A stretch of DNA of 59,451 nt from Eubacteriales bacterium (GCA_045588085.1 JAZNDN010000002.1:1-59451), one strand, 5' to 3'; shown: positions 1 through 10,851, counted from the first letter of the stretch. Notes: generated by a model from the sequence alone, not told the origin. A program made the numbers and translations.

Positions 1-790
<790 letters not shown>

Positions 791-992
791 TTAGCACATA
801 TAATAGTAAAAATCAATAGGATTGAAGGATTTTTTTGTAAAGACATTCATATTTATCGCAAAGGTGCCATTGTTTTGTCATATTTAAACAGTTTCAAGGT
901 AAAGACTTGCAAAACGGTATAAAATTGCCTCTTATACACGCTCTTAAAACTTTGAAAAATAAAGTGGAAGAAAGATTTGGAGGTGATACAGC

Positions 993-2570
993 TTGCTTCA
1001 AAAATTGACGAAAGCGAAGGAGGAATTCGGGCAAGTATTTTCACTCATTAAGGGCAACGGAATGAATGCGCCCGCCAAGGCCTCGGTATTTTACACGCTC
1101 GGCATGGTTATAACGCGAGCTGCTGCTTTTCTTTTAACCCCTGTTATGACGCGTCTTCTCTCCTCCGAGGAATACGGAGCCTATACGCTTTTTAACAGCA
1201 TTCTGTCAATACTTACAATATTCGGAACACTTGATATATGCGGCTCGGTTTTCTGGCGTGCACTCCAGAAATTTCAGGATTCCCGCCGTACGCTTCTGCG
1301 CTCTGCGCTGATTCTTTTGCTTTTGCTGTGCTTATCGGCACTTGCTGTATTCTTGCCGATTTGGCGTATGTTTTTCCGCAATTCACTCTTCCCCGGAGCG
1401 TTTATTTTTCTCGCTTTGGCTCTGATTTCAAATATGACGGTAAACCTCTTCAGCGCAAAATGCCGTTTTTTCTGTAAATACCGATTTACGCTGATTTCCT
1501 CGTTCATTCTCGGAGCACTCGCACCCGGTCTTGCCTGTGTTTTTGCGTTATCGGTACAGGGCAACGAAGCTATGGCACTTACCGTTAAGGTCGGGGTGAG
1601 TACGGCTGTTTTGGTTGCCTTTTCTCTGCCATTATTCATATATATTATATTTTCGGAGCGATTGACAAATTTGCTCTACGAACGAGCGACATTAAAGCAT
1701 GAAAAAGTGATACACGCCTCCGTATCAGAGGAAAAAACAAGCAAAAAATCTTTTGCTGAATACAGCCGTTATCTTCTCAGGCTGGCATTGCCGATGTTTC
1801 CTTATTATATTTCGCTCAGCCTGCTCGCGCAGGGTGATAAGATTATCATTTCACGTCTGCTTGGCGCCTCAGCATTGGGGGCGTATTCGGTTGCATATTC
1901 CGCAGGCAGTGCCCTTGTCGCGCTATCTTCGGGAATATGCCATGCCCTCTCACCTTGGGTTATGCGAAAGGTCAGAGCCACCGACTACGGCAGGATTCGT
2001 CAGGTTTTCACAGCCGCTGTTGATATAATATGCCCCGCGGCACTTATATTCTTAGCGCTCGCGCCCGAGGTTTTCTCTTTCCTCGCCCCAGAGGAATATC
2101 TTGGCGGCCTTTCCTCCGTTTTTCCCATTGCGCTATCCGCGTCACCGCTTTTCCTTTCCTCGCTTCTGACCTCGGCGGTGCTGGCGCTTGAGCGCGTACG
2201 CGGGGTTATCGCCTGCGGAGCTGCTTGTGCTTTGGCTTCGGTGGTGCTCAATCTCGCGCTTTTGCGCCGCTTCGGTATTTTTGCTGCCGCGGTAATTACC
2301 TTTACCGCCTATCTTGCTTTGCTGCTATTGCTAAATCAATATTTCAGAAAAATTGCAGGCAAGCACCTCGTAAATGTAAATCATACTTTGCATATTTTGT
2401 TCTTTTGCGCCTTTTCGGCTGCGGCGCTTTTCGTTTTTCGCCATTTGACACTTCTCCGCGCCGTCTTTGCTCTTTTGGCCCTTATATATCTTTGCAGAAG
2501 GCTTTTCGGTGCAAGAATGCTGATTGCTGAGGCGAAGCATGGAGAAATAAACAGTGATAAAAGAAGCTAG
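993..2570 (+). CDS. MOP-superfamily oligosaccharide flippase (Wzx/RfbX-like)
   Basis: Many TM segments; LLTPVMTRLLSSEEYGAY and DKIIISRLLGASALGAYSVAY motifs; SD GGAGGT before TTG. Confidence 0.8.
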   Translation: MLQKLTKAKEEFGQVFSLIKGNGMNAPAKASVFYTLGMVITRAAAFLLTPVMTRLLSSEEYGAYTLFNSILSILTIFGTLDICGSVFWRALQKFQDSRRTLLRSALILLLLLCLSALAVFLPIWRMFFRNSLFPGAFIFLALALISNMTVNLFSAKCRFFCKYRFTLISSFILGALAPGLACVFALSVQGNEAMALTVKVGVSTAVLVAFSLPLFIYIIFSERLTNLLYERATLKHEKVIHASVSEEKTSKKSFAEYSRYLLRLALPMFPYYISLSLLAQGDKIIISRLLGASALGAYSVAYSAGSALVALSSGICHALSPWVMRKVRATDYGRIRQVFTAAVDIICPAALIFLALAPEVFSFLAPEEYLGGLSSVFPIALSASPLFLSSLLTSAVLALERVRGVIACGAACALASVVLNLALLRRFGIFAAAVITFTAYLALLLLLNQYFRKIAGKHLVNVNHTLHILFFCAFSAAALFVFRHLTLLRAVFALLALIYLCRRLFGARMLIAEAKHGEINSDKRS

Positions 2571-2726
2571 CAGTGCACCGAATATTGCACCTGTAGGCAA
2601 ATAAGCCTGACAGTCCGGCTCAGAGCCATAAATATGAATTTTCAAGTTAGAATGCTACACGGACGGCGTGTTTCGCGTGACTTCTGCCGGGGAGATACGT
2701 AAGCTATAATGCAGCCTTCAAATACA

Positions 2727-2765
2727 AGAAGGCAGGAGAAATTGATAAGCTCTCCTGCCTTTTTT
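2727..2765 (+). terminator. Intrinsic terminator between convergent flippase and typA
   Basis: AAGGCAGGAGA-loop-TCTCCTGCCTT followed by T-run. Confidence 0.8.
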
Positions 2766-2953
2766 AATACGATTATATAGAACAACAGCTATTCTTTTGC
2801 TTCAATCCTTAAAATTGCAAGCTACGCTATATTCGGCAGCGCCACAACCGAAGGATTACTTTAAAATAGGGTCCTCTATAAGAAGCTCTATCACTTCATT
2901 TTACAGCACATAACTCAACACGCTCTGCAACGTTGTACGTAGTCAAGAGCTTA

Positions 2954-4798
2954 TTACTTTCCCTGCTCCTTGAGGGCAGCGCGCTTCTGCGCCTGCATTC
3001 TTTTTCTGGTGGGAGTGTCGAGAATTGTTTTTCTGAGTCGTATGCTCTTAGGAGTTACCTCGATGAGCTCCTCATCGGTTATAAACTCTATCGCTTCCTC
3101 AAGCGAGAGCTGAACCGGGGTTATGAGAGTCAGCTTTTCGTCGGCACCTGAGGACCTTATTGCAGTCAGATGCTTTTCGCGGCAGACGTTTACCTCTATA
3201 TCATCGGGCTTGGGGTTTTCTCCGACTATCATACCGCAGTAGACCGGAGTCGCAGGACCTATGAACAGAGGGCCTCTGTCCTGAGATTGAAACAGTCCGT
3301 AGGTGGTTGCGATTCCGGTTTCGGAGGCAACGAGAGATGAGGTGAATCTGGTCTTTATCTCGCCCTTGAACGGCTCGTATCCTGCGAATATCGAGGAAAT
3401 CAATCCCTCACCGCGTGTATCGGTAAGGAGCTCCGAGCGGTATCCGAACAGGCATCTTGTGGGTATGGTATAAAAGAGCTTCTGACGGCTTCCGTGAAGC
3501 TGCATATCGTTAAGTGTGCCCTTCCTGGCTCCCAGCTTTTCCATAACCGAGCCCATATAAATTTCCGGAACGTCAATTATGACATTTTCAATAGGCTCAC
3601 ACTTTTCTCCGTCTATTTCCTTATAAAGCACTCTGGGGTTCGAGCAGCAAAGCTCGTATCCCTCTCGGCGCATATTTTCTATGAGAATTGAGAGGTGCAT
3701 CTCTCCTCTGCCTGCCACCCTGAAGCTATCGGTGGTTTCACCGTCGCTGACTCTTAAGGAAACGTCCTTAAGAAGCTCTCTGTAAAGCCTTGCACGCAGG
3801 TGGCGCGAGGTGACGAATTTTCCTTCTTTGCCGGCGAAGGGAGAATCATTTACCGAGAACGTCATCTCCATAGTAGGCTCGCCAACCTTGACAAACTCAA
3901 GCGGCTCTCGGCAAGAGGGAGCGCATACCGTGTCACCTATTGAGATATCCTCACAACCCGAGAAGCATACGATATCGCCTACCATAGCCTCGGTTACAGG
4001 AACTCTTTTAAGACCGTCGAACTGGTATATCGAAACAATTTTTGCAGGCTTCGACTTTTCAGGCGTATGATAGTTGCATATAGCAACGCCCTGCCCCTGC
4101 TTTATAACTCCGCGTTCAATTCTTCCTATACCGATTCTTCCGACGAACTCGTTATAGTCAATTGAGGAAACGAGAAGCTGGAGAGGATCCTCTTCCTCGC
4201 CCTCAGGTGCAGGCATATACTCTACGATTTTGTCGAGAAGAGGAGTAAGGTCGGTACCGGGCGTGTGCGGGTCGAGAGATGCCGTTCCGGCTCTTCCCGA
4301 GCAGAATATCATCGGAGAGTCGAGCTGCTCGTCGCTTGCATCAAGCTCTATAAGAAGCTCAAGAACCTCGTCTGCTATCTCGTCAAGACGAGCATCAGGG
4401 CGGTCGATTTTATTAACGACGACTATAACTCTGTGATTCATTGCCAGAGCCTTTTCAAGAACGAAGCGTGTCTGAGGCATAGGTCCTTCGGCAGCGTCAA
4501 CCAAAAGAATTACACCGTTTACCATTTTAAGTATTCTCTCGACCTCGCCACCGAAATCGGCGTGTCCGGGAGTGTCTATGACGTTTATTTTAACGTCCTT
4601 ATAGTGAATTGCGGTGTTTTTTGCAAGAATGGTTATTCCGCGCTCGCGCTCAAGGTCGCCTGAGTCCATTACTCTGTCTGCCATTTCCTGATTGTCGCGG
4701 TAAATTCCGCCCTGGCGAAGCATCTCGTCAACGAGGGTTGTTTTTCCGTGGTCTACGTGCGCTATTATCGCGATATTTCTTAAATCGTTACGAATCAT
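2954..4798 (-). CDS. typA: Translational GTPase TypA/BipA
   Basis: [70 protein letters not shown]. Confidence 0.97.
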   Translation of the reverse strand: MIRNDLRNIAIIAHVDHGKTTLVDEMLRQGGIYRDNQEMADRVMDSGDLERERGITILAKNTAIHYKDVKINVIDTPGHADFGGEVERILKMVNGVILLVDAAEGPMPQTRFVLEKALAMNHRVIVVVNKIDRPDARLDEIADEVLELLIELDASDEQLDSPMIFCSGRAGTASLDPHTPGTDLTPLLDKIVEYMPAPEGEEEDPLQLLVSSIDYNEFVGRIGIGRIERGVIKQGQGVAICNYHTPEKSKPAKIVSIYQFDGLKRVPVTEAMVGDIVCFSGCEDISIGDTVCAPSCREPLEFVKVGEPTMEMTFSVNDSPFAGKEGKFVTSRHLRARLYRELLKDVSLRVSDGETTDSFRVAGRGEMHLSILIENMRREGYELCCSNPRVLYKEIDGEKCEPIENVIIDVPEIYMGSVMEKLGARKGTLNDMQLHGSRQKLFYTIPTRCLFGYRSELLTDTRGEGLISSIFAGYEPFKGEIKTRFTSSLVASETGIATTYGLFQSQDRGPLFIGPATPVYCGMIVGENPKPDDIEVNVCREKHLTAIRSSGADEKLTLITPVQLSLEEAIEFITDEELIEVTPKSIRLRKTILDTPTRKRMQAQKRAALKEQGK

Positions 4799-4845
4799 AT
4801 ATTTTCCTTTTCCGCGTTTTGCGGTGTTTTAGATTACCTTTTGTA

Positions 4846-5943
4846 TTATAAATCCTCGAATTTCGGATTTTCTCTCATAAATTTCTGCATAAACTTTATA
4901 AGCCTATCCACACCGTCGTAAACCATGGCGTTGTAAAGAGATGCTCTCATTCCTCCGACGGACATATGCCCGGCAAGATTATAAAGCCCCTGTTTCTCTG
5001 CTTCCTTGATAAATTTTTTATCAAGCTCGGGAACACCGGTAGTGAATACCACGTTTGTCATGGAGCGGAATCTTTTATTCGCTGAGGCGGTATAATAATC
5101 CTGTCCGTCAAGGAAATCGTAAAGCTGACCTGCCTTGCGCTCGTTACGGCGCTTCATTTCCTCAAGACCGCCAACGGATATTATCCATTCAAGCATAAGA
5201 TTTGCCATATATACGCCGTATATTGCCGTTCCCGCATAAAGTCCGCTCTCGGCGAGCGTCTTATAGCTTATAGAAGATGGTGTATCGGAGCGGTTGCTTA
5301 CTATCATATCCTCGCGGATTATAATAAGCGTCATTGATGCAGGGGCTATATTGGGGCCGAGGTCGGCGTAAATCATACCAAAGCGCGACACGTCAATTGG
5401 CTCAGAGAGCAAAGACGATGACATATCCGCAACAAGAGGGATATTTCTCGTGTCGGGAATTTCGTCGAATTTCGTTCCGTATATAGTATTGTTATAACAG
5501 ATATGAACGTAATCGGCGTCCGGACGGAAATCGCTGGAGCTGACCTTCGGAATTGCCGAAAATATCGGATTCGCTCCTGCGGAAGATGCCGCTATAGTTA
5601 TATCTCCATACTTTTTAGCCTCATGGTACGCCATGTTAGAGTACTGACCGGTTACTATATAGTCTGCTCTGCGACGCTCGGAGAGCAGGTTCATTGGAAT
5701 TGCGGAAAACTGAGCTGTACCGGTTCCGTCAACGAACATCACCTTATAGTTTGAAGGTATATTGAGAAGCTTGCGCAAATTACTCTCGCAGACCTTCAGG
5801 ATAGCCTTGAATTTTTCCGATGATGCATCTGCCTCGGGAAGCGGAATAGCCTCCTCAGTTGAAAACAGCTCTCTTTGCGCCCTCTCAAGCACCTCTTTCG
5901 GAAGCTGAGCGGGACCTGCACCGAAATTATAGATTTTATCCAT
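4846..5943 (-). CDS. Phosphoserine aminotransferase (SerC)-like protein with degenerate active site
   Basis: YNFGAGPAQLP, NNTIYG, ADMSS, GGMRASLYNA retained; YAGAQKN replaced by YADLGPN; start ATG 5943 after GAAAGGA. Confidence 0.85.
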   Translation of the reverse strand: MDKIYNFGAGPAQLPKEVLERAQRELFSTEEAIPLPEADASSEKFKAILKVCESNLRKLLNIPSNYKVMFVDGTGTAQFSAIPMNLLSERRRADYIVTGQYSNMAYHEAKKYGDITIAASSAGANPIFSAIPKVSSSDFRPDADYVHICYNNTIYGTKFDEIPDTRNIPLVADMSSSLLSEPIDVSRFGMIYADLGPNIAPASMTLIIIREDMIVSNRSDTPSSISYKTLAESGLYAGTAIYGVYMANLMLEWIISVGGLEEMKRRNERKAGQLYDFLDGQDYYTASANKRFRSMTNVVFTTGVPELDKKFIKEAEKQGLYNLAGHMSVGGMRASLYNAMVYDGVDRLIKFMQKFMRENPKFEDL

Positions 5944-5991
5944 ACTGCCGTTCCTTTCATAATATAGCGCACGCACGCCTGCTATCTATAC

Positions 5992-6020
5992 ATTATACAT
6001 TTTTTGCATGATTTTGTCAA
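5992..6020 (-). promoter_or_regulatory. Sigma-A promoter for the serC-like gene
   Basis: Minus strand TTGACA-17 nt-TATAAT, perfect consensus. Confidence 0.8.
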
Positions 6021-6046
6021 GCGGTGAAAAAACTTTCAAAAAAGTA

Positions 6047-6075
6047 TTGACAATCATTTTATGTTATGGTATAAT
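6047..6075 (+). promoter_or_regulatory. Sigma-A promoter for the tRNA pair
   Basis: TTGACA-17 nt-TATAAT with TGn extended -10. Confidence 0.85.
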
Positions 6076-6111
6076 ACCATAGCGGTTTGCGAAAAACAAG
6101 CTTAGCAATAC

Positions 6112-6188
6112 GGCGGATTAGCTCAGTTGGCTAGAGCGTCCGGTTCATACCCGGCAGGTCGTTGGTTCAAATCCGACATCCGCTACCA
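6112..6188 (+). tRNA. tRNA-Met (CAT), elongator type
   Basis: GGCGGATTAGCTCAGTTGGCTAGAGC...TTCATAC...GGTTCAAATCC...CCGCTACCA; G1:T72 paired, CCA encoded. Confidence 0.93.
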
Positions 6189-6193
6189 CCCCC

Positions 6194-6268
6194 GGCTCGT
6201 TGGTCAAGCGGTTAAGACACCGCCCTTTCACGGCGGTAACGGGAGTTCGATTCTCCCACGAGTCACCA
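6194..6268 (+). tRNA. tRNA-Glu (TTC)
   Basis: GGCTCGTTGGTCAAGCGGTTAAGACACCGCCCTTTCACGGCGGTAACGGGAGTTCGATTCTCCCACGAGTCACCA. Confidence 0.95.
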
Positions 6269-6274
6269 AAATCC

Positions 6275-6784
6275 CCAAATCCGAACTCGGATTTGGGGAT
6301 TTTCTTTTTTGGTGACTCGTGAGGAGAATTGCTCCGCACCGAGCGTTTCGCGAGGTGCGGGAGTTCGCCATCAAGCCTCGCCGGTTCCCCGTGGGAACAA
6401 ATACAGTCAGTTCCGCACTCTGCCTACGAATTTCATCTCCGCTCTCGCGAGGCTTATTCTCCCACCTCGAGCTTTGGTAAGCTCGAGCATTTTTTGCATG
6501 CCAAATCCGAACTCGGATTTGGGGATTTTCTTTTTCGGTGACTCGTGAGGAGAATCGCTCCGCACCGAGCACTTAGCGAGGTGCGGGAGTTCGCTATCAA
6601 GCCTCGCCGGTTCCCTGTGGGAACAAATACAGTCGACTCTGCACTCTGCCTACGAATTTCATCTCCGCTCTCGCGAGGCTTATTCTCCCACCTCGAGCTT
6701 TGGTAAGCTCGAGTATTTCTATTTATGCAAACCCAAATCCGAACTCGGATTTGGGGATTTTCTTTTTTGGTGACTCGTGAGGAG
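6275..6784. repeat. Tandem array of ~230-bp tRNA-Glu-linked palindromic units (2 full + 1 partial)
   Basis: CCAAATCCGAACTCGGATTTGGGG...GGTGACTCGTGAGGAG begins at 6275, 6501 and 6733; units 1 and 2 near-identical. Confidence 0.95.
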
Positions 6785-6810
6785 CTTGGAAAAACATTTA
6801 CAAATCGTTC

Positions 6811-6839
6811 TTGATTTTTTTGTTTCGGTATGATATAAT
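6811..6839 (+). promoter_or_regulatory. Sigma-A promoter upstream of fucO
   Basis: TTGATT-17 nt-TATAAT with TGn. Confidence 0.7.
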
Positions 6840-6874
6840 GAGTATGTTAATAAATTAACAAAGGAGTTACTGTT

Positions 6875-8023
6875 ATGTCCAAAAGATTTATACTCAACGA
6901 AACCAGCTATCACGGCAAGGGCGCAATAGCAGAGATTGCTACCGAAATTTTGGCAAGAGGCTATAAAAAGGCGTTCGTTTGCTCCGACCCCGACCTTATC
7001 AAGTTTGGCGTTACCAAGAAGGTGACCGACGTTCTTGATTCGGCAAAAATCGCATATGATATATTCTCCGAAATTAAGCCCAACCCCACTATCGAAAACG
7101 TACAGAGCGGTGTTGCGGCTTTTAAGAAAAGCGGAGCTGACTGCATCGTTGCAATAGGCGGAGGTTCTTCCATGGATACCGCTAAGGCTATCGGTATAAT
7201 CATTGAGAACCCCGAGTTTGCAGACGTCAGAAGCCTTGAGGGCGTTGCTCCCACAAAGAACAAGTGTACCCCCATTATCGCAGTTCCTACCACGGCAGGC
7301 ACTGCCGCTGAGGTTACGATTAACTACGTTATTACCGATGCTGAAAACAATCGCAAGATGGTTTGCGTAGACGTTCACGATATTCCCGTTGTTGCGATAG
7401 TTGACCCCGATATGATGGCTACTATGCCAGCAGGGCTTACTGCAGCAACCGGTATGGATGCTCTAACTCATGCTATCGAGGGTTACATTACCGGCGGTGC
7501 TTGGTAAATGAGCGATATGTTCCATATTAAAGCAATCGAAATTATCGCAAAGAGCCTCAGAGGCGCAGTAAACAATACGCCCGAGGGACGCGAGGGTATG
7601 GCACTCGGTCAGTACATTGCCGGTATGGGCTTCTCTAACGTAGGTCTTGGCATAGTTCACTCTATGGCTCATCCTCTCGGTGCTGTTTACGACACACCTC
7701 ACGGTGTTGCAAACGCTATAATTCTCCCCACCGTTATGGAGTACAACGCTCCTGCAACCGGAGAAAAGTACAGAGATATCGCAGTCGCTATGGGTGTCAA
7801 GGGCGTAGCTGACATGTCGCTTGATGAGGCAAGAGCCGCAGCTATCAATGCAGTTAAGCAGCTTTCGCTCGACGTAGGAATCCCTGCAAACCTCAAGGAT
7901 ATCGTAAAGCCTGAGGACATTGATTTCCTTGCCGAGTCAGCGTATGCTGATGCTTGCCGTCCCGGCAACCCCCGTGCGACGAGTGTCGAGGAAATTAAGG
8001 AGCTTTATCTCAAGCTTATGTGA
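6875..8023 (+). pseudogene. fucO: Lactaldehyde reductase (iron-containing ADH) with in-frame TAA at 7505-7507
   Basis: RFILNETSYHG, GGGSSMDTAK, PTTAGTAAE, DALTHAIE, then GAW*MSDMFH in the same frame, continuing GIVHSMAH...PHG. Confidence 0.85.
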
Positions 8024-8045
8024 TTTAGCGTTTATAGTGAGAATA

Positions 8046-8089
8046 AATAAACACCCCCGAGTCCGTGTATGGATTCGGGGGTGTTTTAT
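8046..8089. terminator. Bidirectional intrinsic terminator
   Basis: AAACACCCCCGAGTCC...GGATTCGGGGGTGTTTT between convergent genes. Confidence 0.8.
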
Positions 8090-8105
8090 CGGTTATGAGA
8101 GTCGG

Positions 8106-9359
8106 TCAGGACTCTATCACCTTTTTCCGAAACAGCTTGAGCTGAGATTCGGTTGCTCTGTAATCGGGATTAGAACAGCAAGGAAGGCTTGGGGGCGTTC
8201 CGTCGGAGCCTATGAATGGCGTGAGCCAATCGTTTTCGTACTTTTTACAATCCTCTGCATTTCTGAAATCAGGAATATCATACGGCGCGCCGCCGTCGAG
8301 CATGGAGCGGTGAGCAAGGATTGCAACCGAGGACATAGCAATTGCCGAGTGAACGTCAAACGGACACGGAGGCTGACGTGCGTCTCTCACGCAATCAAGG
8401 AACATCTTTGCCATAAGGTAATCAGCGCCACCGTGAGTGCTTTTTGCGATGAGCTCGGTATCAATGCCGTCCACCCATTTTACCTCATAGAAGTTTTCGC
8501 TTTGCACGCCATCGGGGGTTTCCCATGCGTTGTAACGGAGCATAACCTTATCGGGTATACCGCGTACCTTCTCTACCTGCCCCTTGGTTCCTGCTACGCG
8601 GTAACAGTTATGATGCGCGCCGAAAGCAGAACAACCTGTTACGCGGTACACAGAGCCGTCGTCGTTCAAGGTTGTGATTATTGCGGCGGCATCGCCTACG
8701 TTTGAGGCGGTGGGAATATCCTTTTCATTTGGAGAATAACAGTTGAATGCATGCACCTTTTTCGGCATTGCGCCTACGGCGTACATAATCGGACCTAGCG
8801 AATGAGTTATATAGTAAGACCTTGCATTGTAATTTCTCCAGTGCTGAGTTGAGTAATTAAATTCCTTTTTGAATCCGGTGTCCTCAGGGTTGCCGGGGTG
8901 GTTATACTCGCCCTCGGCATAGAGAATTTTGCCCAGTGTTCCACCGTCACAAACCCTTTTGATTTCCTGATTGAAAATCATAAATGGGTAATTTTCCGCA
9001 AGCATATACACGGCTCGGCTCTTCTCTGCAGCTTTTGCGAGCTGCACACCCTCCGCCATAGTGCCGTTCGAAATGCATTCCGAGAACACGGCAATATTCT
9101 GTTCAAGACATTTTATAGCGTACGGCGCGTGCTCGTGGAAAAAGTTTGCAATTATCACGGCATCCAAACCGGGATGCGAAATAAATTCGTCAAAATCCGA
9201 GTAGGTTTTTATCCCGGAGGGAAGTCTTGACTTGCCAAGCTCAAGTCTTTCGGGGATAAAATCACATAGCGCAACAATTTCGGCACCTGCAAGTATAAAG
9301 CTTTTTGCGACCTCGCAGCCTCTGCCGCCACCGAAGACGCCAATCTTGATTGTTTTCAT
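8106..9359 (-). CDS. Gfo/Idh/MocA family NAD-dependent oxidoreductase (paralogue 2)
   Basis: KIGVFGGGRG Rossmann start, HAPYAIKCLE, MLAENY, AEGEYNH, YITHSLGP, HGGADY. Confidence 0.85.
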   Translation of the reverse strand: MKTIKIGVFGGGRGCEVAKSFILAGAEIVALCDFIPERLELGKSRLPSGIKTYSDFDEFISHPGLDAVIIANFFHEHAPYAIKCLEQNIAVFSECISNGTMAEGVQLAKAAEKSRAVYMLAENYPFMIFNQEIKRVCDGGTLGKILYAEGEYNHPGNPEDTGFKKEFNYSTQHWRNYNARSYYITHSLGPIMYAVGAMPKKVHAFNCYSPNEKDIPTASNVGDAAAIITTLNDDGSVYRVTGCSAFGAHHNCYRVAGTKGQVEKVRGIPDKVMLRYNAWETPDGVQSENFYEVKWVDGIDTELIAKSTHGGADYLMAKMFLDCVRDARQPPCPFDVHSAIAMSSVAILAHRSMLDGGAPYDIPDFRNAEDCKKYENDWLTPFIGSDGTPPSLPCCSNPDYRATESQLKLFRKKVIES

Positions 9360-9411
9360 AATGTTCTCCAAAATCCGACACGCCCCATGGGCAATGCTCT
9401 TTTGATTTATG

Positions 9412-9447
9412 AATAAGACTCTCCCGCCGAGGCTAGAGAGTCTTATT
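9412..9447 (-). terminator. Hairpin/terminator between the oxidoreductase paralogues
   Basis: AATAAGACTCTC...GAGAGTCTTATT inverted repeat. Confidence 0.6.
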
Positions 9448-9501
9448 ATCAGGGAACGGATTGGAATATCAGCTCACGATATCCCTGAGGTGAATTTTAC
9501 A

Positions 9502-10800
9502 TTACTGACCGTGATTCATGATACGAACGTCTTCGTTCTCTTCAATGGGTGTGCCGTCAAGGACGTGCTTTTTGTAAAGCTCAAGCTGCTTTTCGGTTGC
9601 AGCAAACGGCTGAGAGCTGCAAGGGAGGCTGGCGGGAGTTCCGTCGGAGCCTATGAAGGGCGTGAGGTAGTCGTTCTCGTACTTTTTGCAGTCCTCGGGA
9701 TTTCTGAAGTCGGGGATATCGTATGCTGCACCACCATCAAGCATTGAGCGGTGAGCAAGTATTGCAACAGAGGACATTGCTATTGCCGAGTGAACGTCAA
9801 ACGGATGGCAGGGCTGACGGCCTTCTGCAACGCAGGAGAGGAAATATCTCGCTATCATATAGTCTGCGCCACCGTGATTGGACTGCTTGATAAGCTCAAT
9901 ATCAACGTCGTCGTCCCATTTAACCTCATAGAAGTTTTCGCTTTGCACACCCTCGGGAGTTTCCCATGCGTTGTAACGGAGCATAACCTTATCGGGTATA
10001 CCGCGGACCTTCTCCACCTGGCCCTTAGTTCCTGCTACGCGGTAGCTATTGTGGTGCGCACCGAATCTTGCGCATCCGGTAACGCGGAATACAGAACCGT
10101 CGTCGTTGAGAGTTGTTACGATTGCGGCAGCGTCGCCTACGTTCGAAGCCGAGGGAACGTCTTGGGTGCTGGGAGCGAAGCTGTTAAATGAATGTACCTT
10201 TTTAGGCGTTGCACCCGTCGCGTACATGATAGGACCGAGAGAATGGGTTATATAATAAGACCTTGCATTATAATTTCTCCAGTGCTCAGGGAAATAGTTG
10301 AACTCCTTCTTAAAAGAAATTGCCCAGGGGTTACCGGGGTGGTTGTACTCACCCTCTGCATAGAGGAATTTACCGAGAGTTCCACCGTCGCAAACCTTCT
10401 TTATCTCCTGGTTGAAGAGCATGAAGGGGTAGTTTTCGCCAAGCATATATACGGCATTGCTCTTCTCTGCTGCTTTTGCAAGCTGCACACCCTCCGCCAT
10501 AGTTCCGTTCGATATGCACTCAGAGAATACCGCTATTCCGCGTTCAAGGCACTTGATAGCGTAGGGAGCGTGCTCGTGGAAATAGTTTGCAACTATCACC
10601 GCATCCATACCGGGATGCTGTATAAATTCGTCGAAATTATCGTAGGTTTTAACACCGTCGGGGATTCTCTTCTTTCCCATTTCAAGTCTTTCGGGGATGT
10701 TATCGCAAAGAGCTACGATATCTGCTCCTGCAAGCACAAAGCTTCTTCCAACGTCGGTTCCTCTGCCGGCACCGAATATACCAACTTTAATCTTTCTCAT
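9502..10800 (-). CDS. Gfo/Idh/MocA family NAD-dependent oxidoreductase (paralogue 1)
   Basis: Same motifs as 8106-9359, with long identical stretches (GTKGQVEKVRGIPDKVMLRYNAWETP). Confidence 0.85.
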   Translation of the reverse strand: MRKIKVGIFGAGRGTDVGRSFVLAGADIVALCDNIPERLEMGKKRIPDGVKTYDNFDEFIQHPGMDAVIVANYFHEHAPYAIKCLERGIAVFSECISNGTMAEGVQLAKAAEKSNAVYMLGENYPFMLFNQEIKKVCDGGTLGKFLYAEGEYNHPGNPWAISFKKEFNYFPEHWRNYNARSYYITHSLGPIMYATGATPKKVHSFNSFAPSTQDVPSASNVGDAAAIVTTLNDDGSVFRVTGCARFGAHHNSYRVAGTKGQVEKVRGIPDKVMLRYNAWETPEGVQSENFYEVKWDDDVDIELIKQSNHGGADYMIARYFLSCVAEGRQPCHPFDVHSAIAMSSVAILAHRSMLDGGAAYDIPDFRNPEDCKKYENDYLTPFIGSDGTPASLPCSSQPFAATEKQLELYKKHVLDGTPIEENEDVRIMNHGQ

Positions 10801-10851
10801 GGGTTTCTCCTTTTTGTATATTATTGTTTACGTTTTATGTATTTTAATCTA

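Noticed and set aside
6127-6572. Several short ORFs on both strands
   Set aside because: They overlap the tRNA genes and the hairpin repeats and have no protein motifs.
6275-6784. Array read as CRISPR or as a prophage att duplication
   Set aside because: Intervening sequences are ~180 nt and near-identical rather than unique spacers, no cas genes are present, and the CCA-end copies are inverted rather than direct with no integrase nearby.
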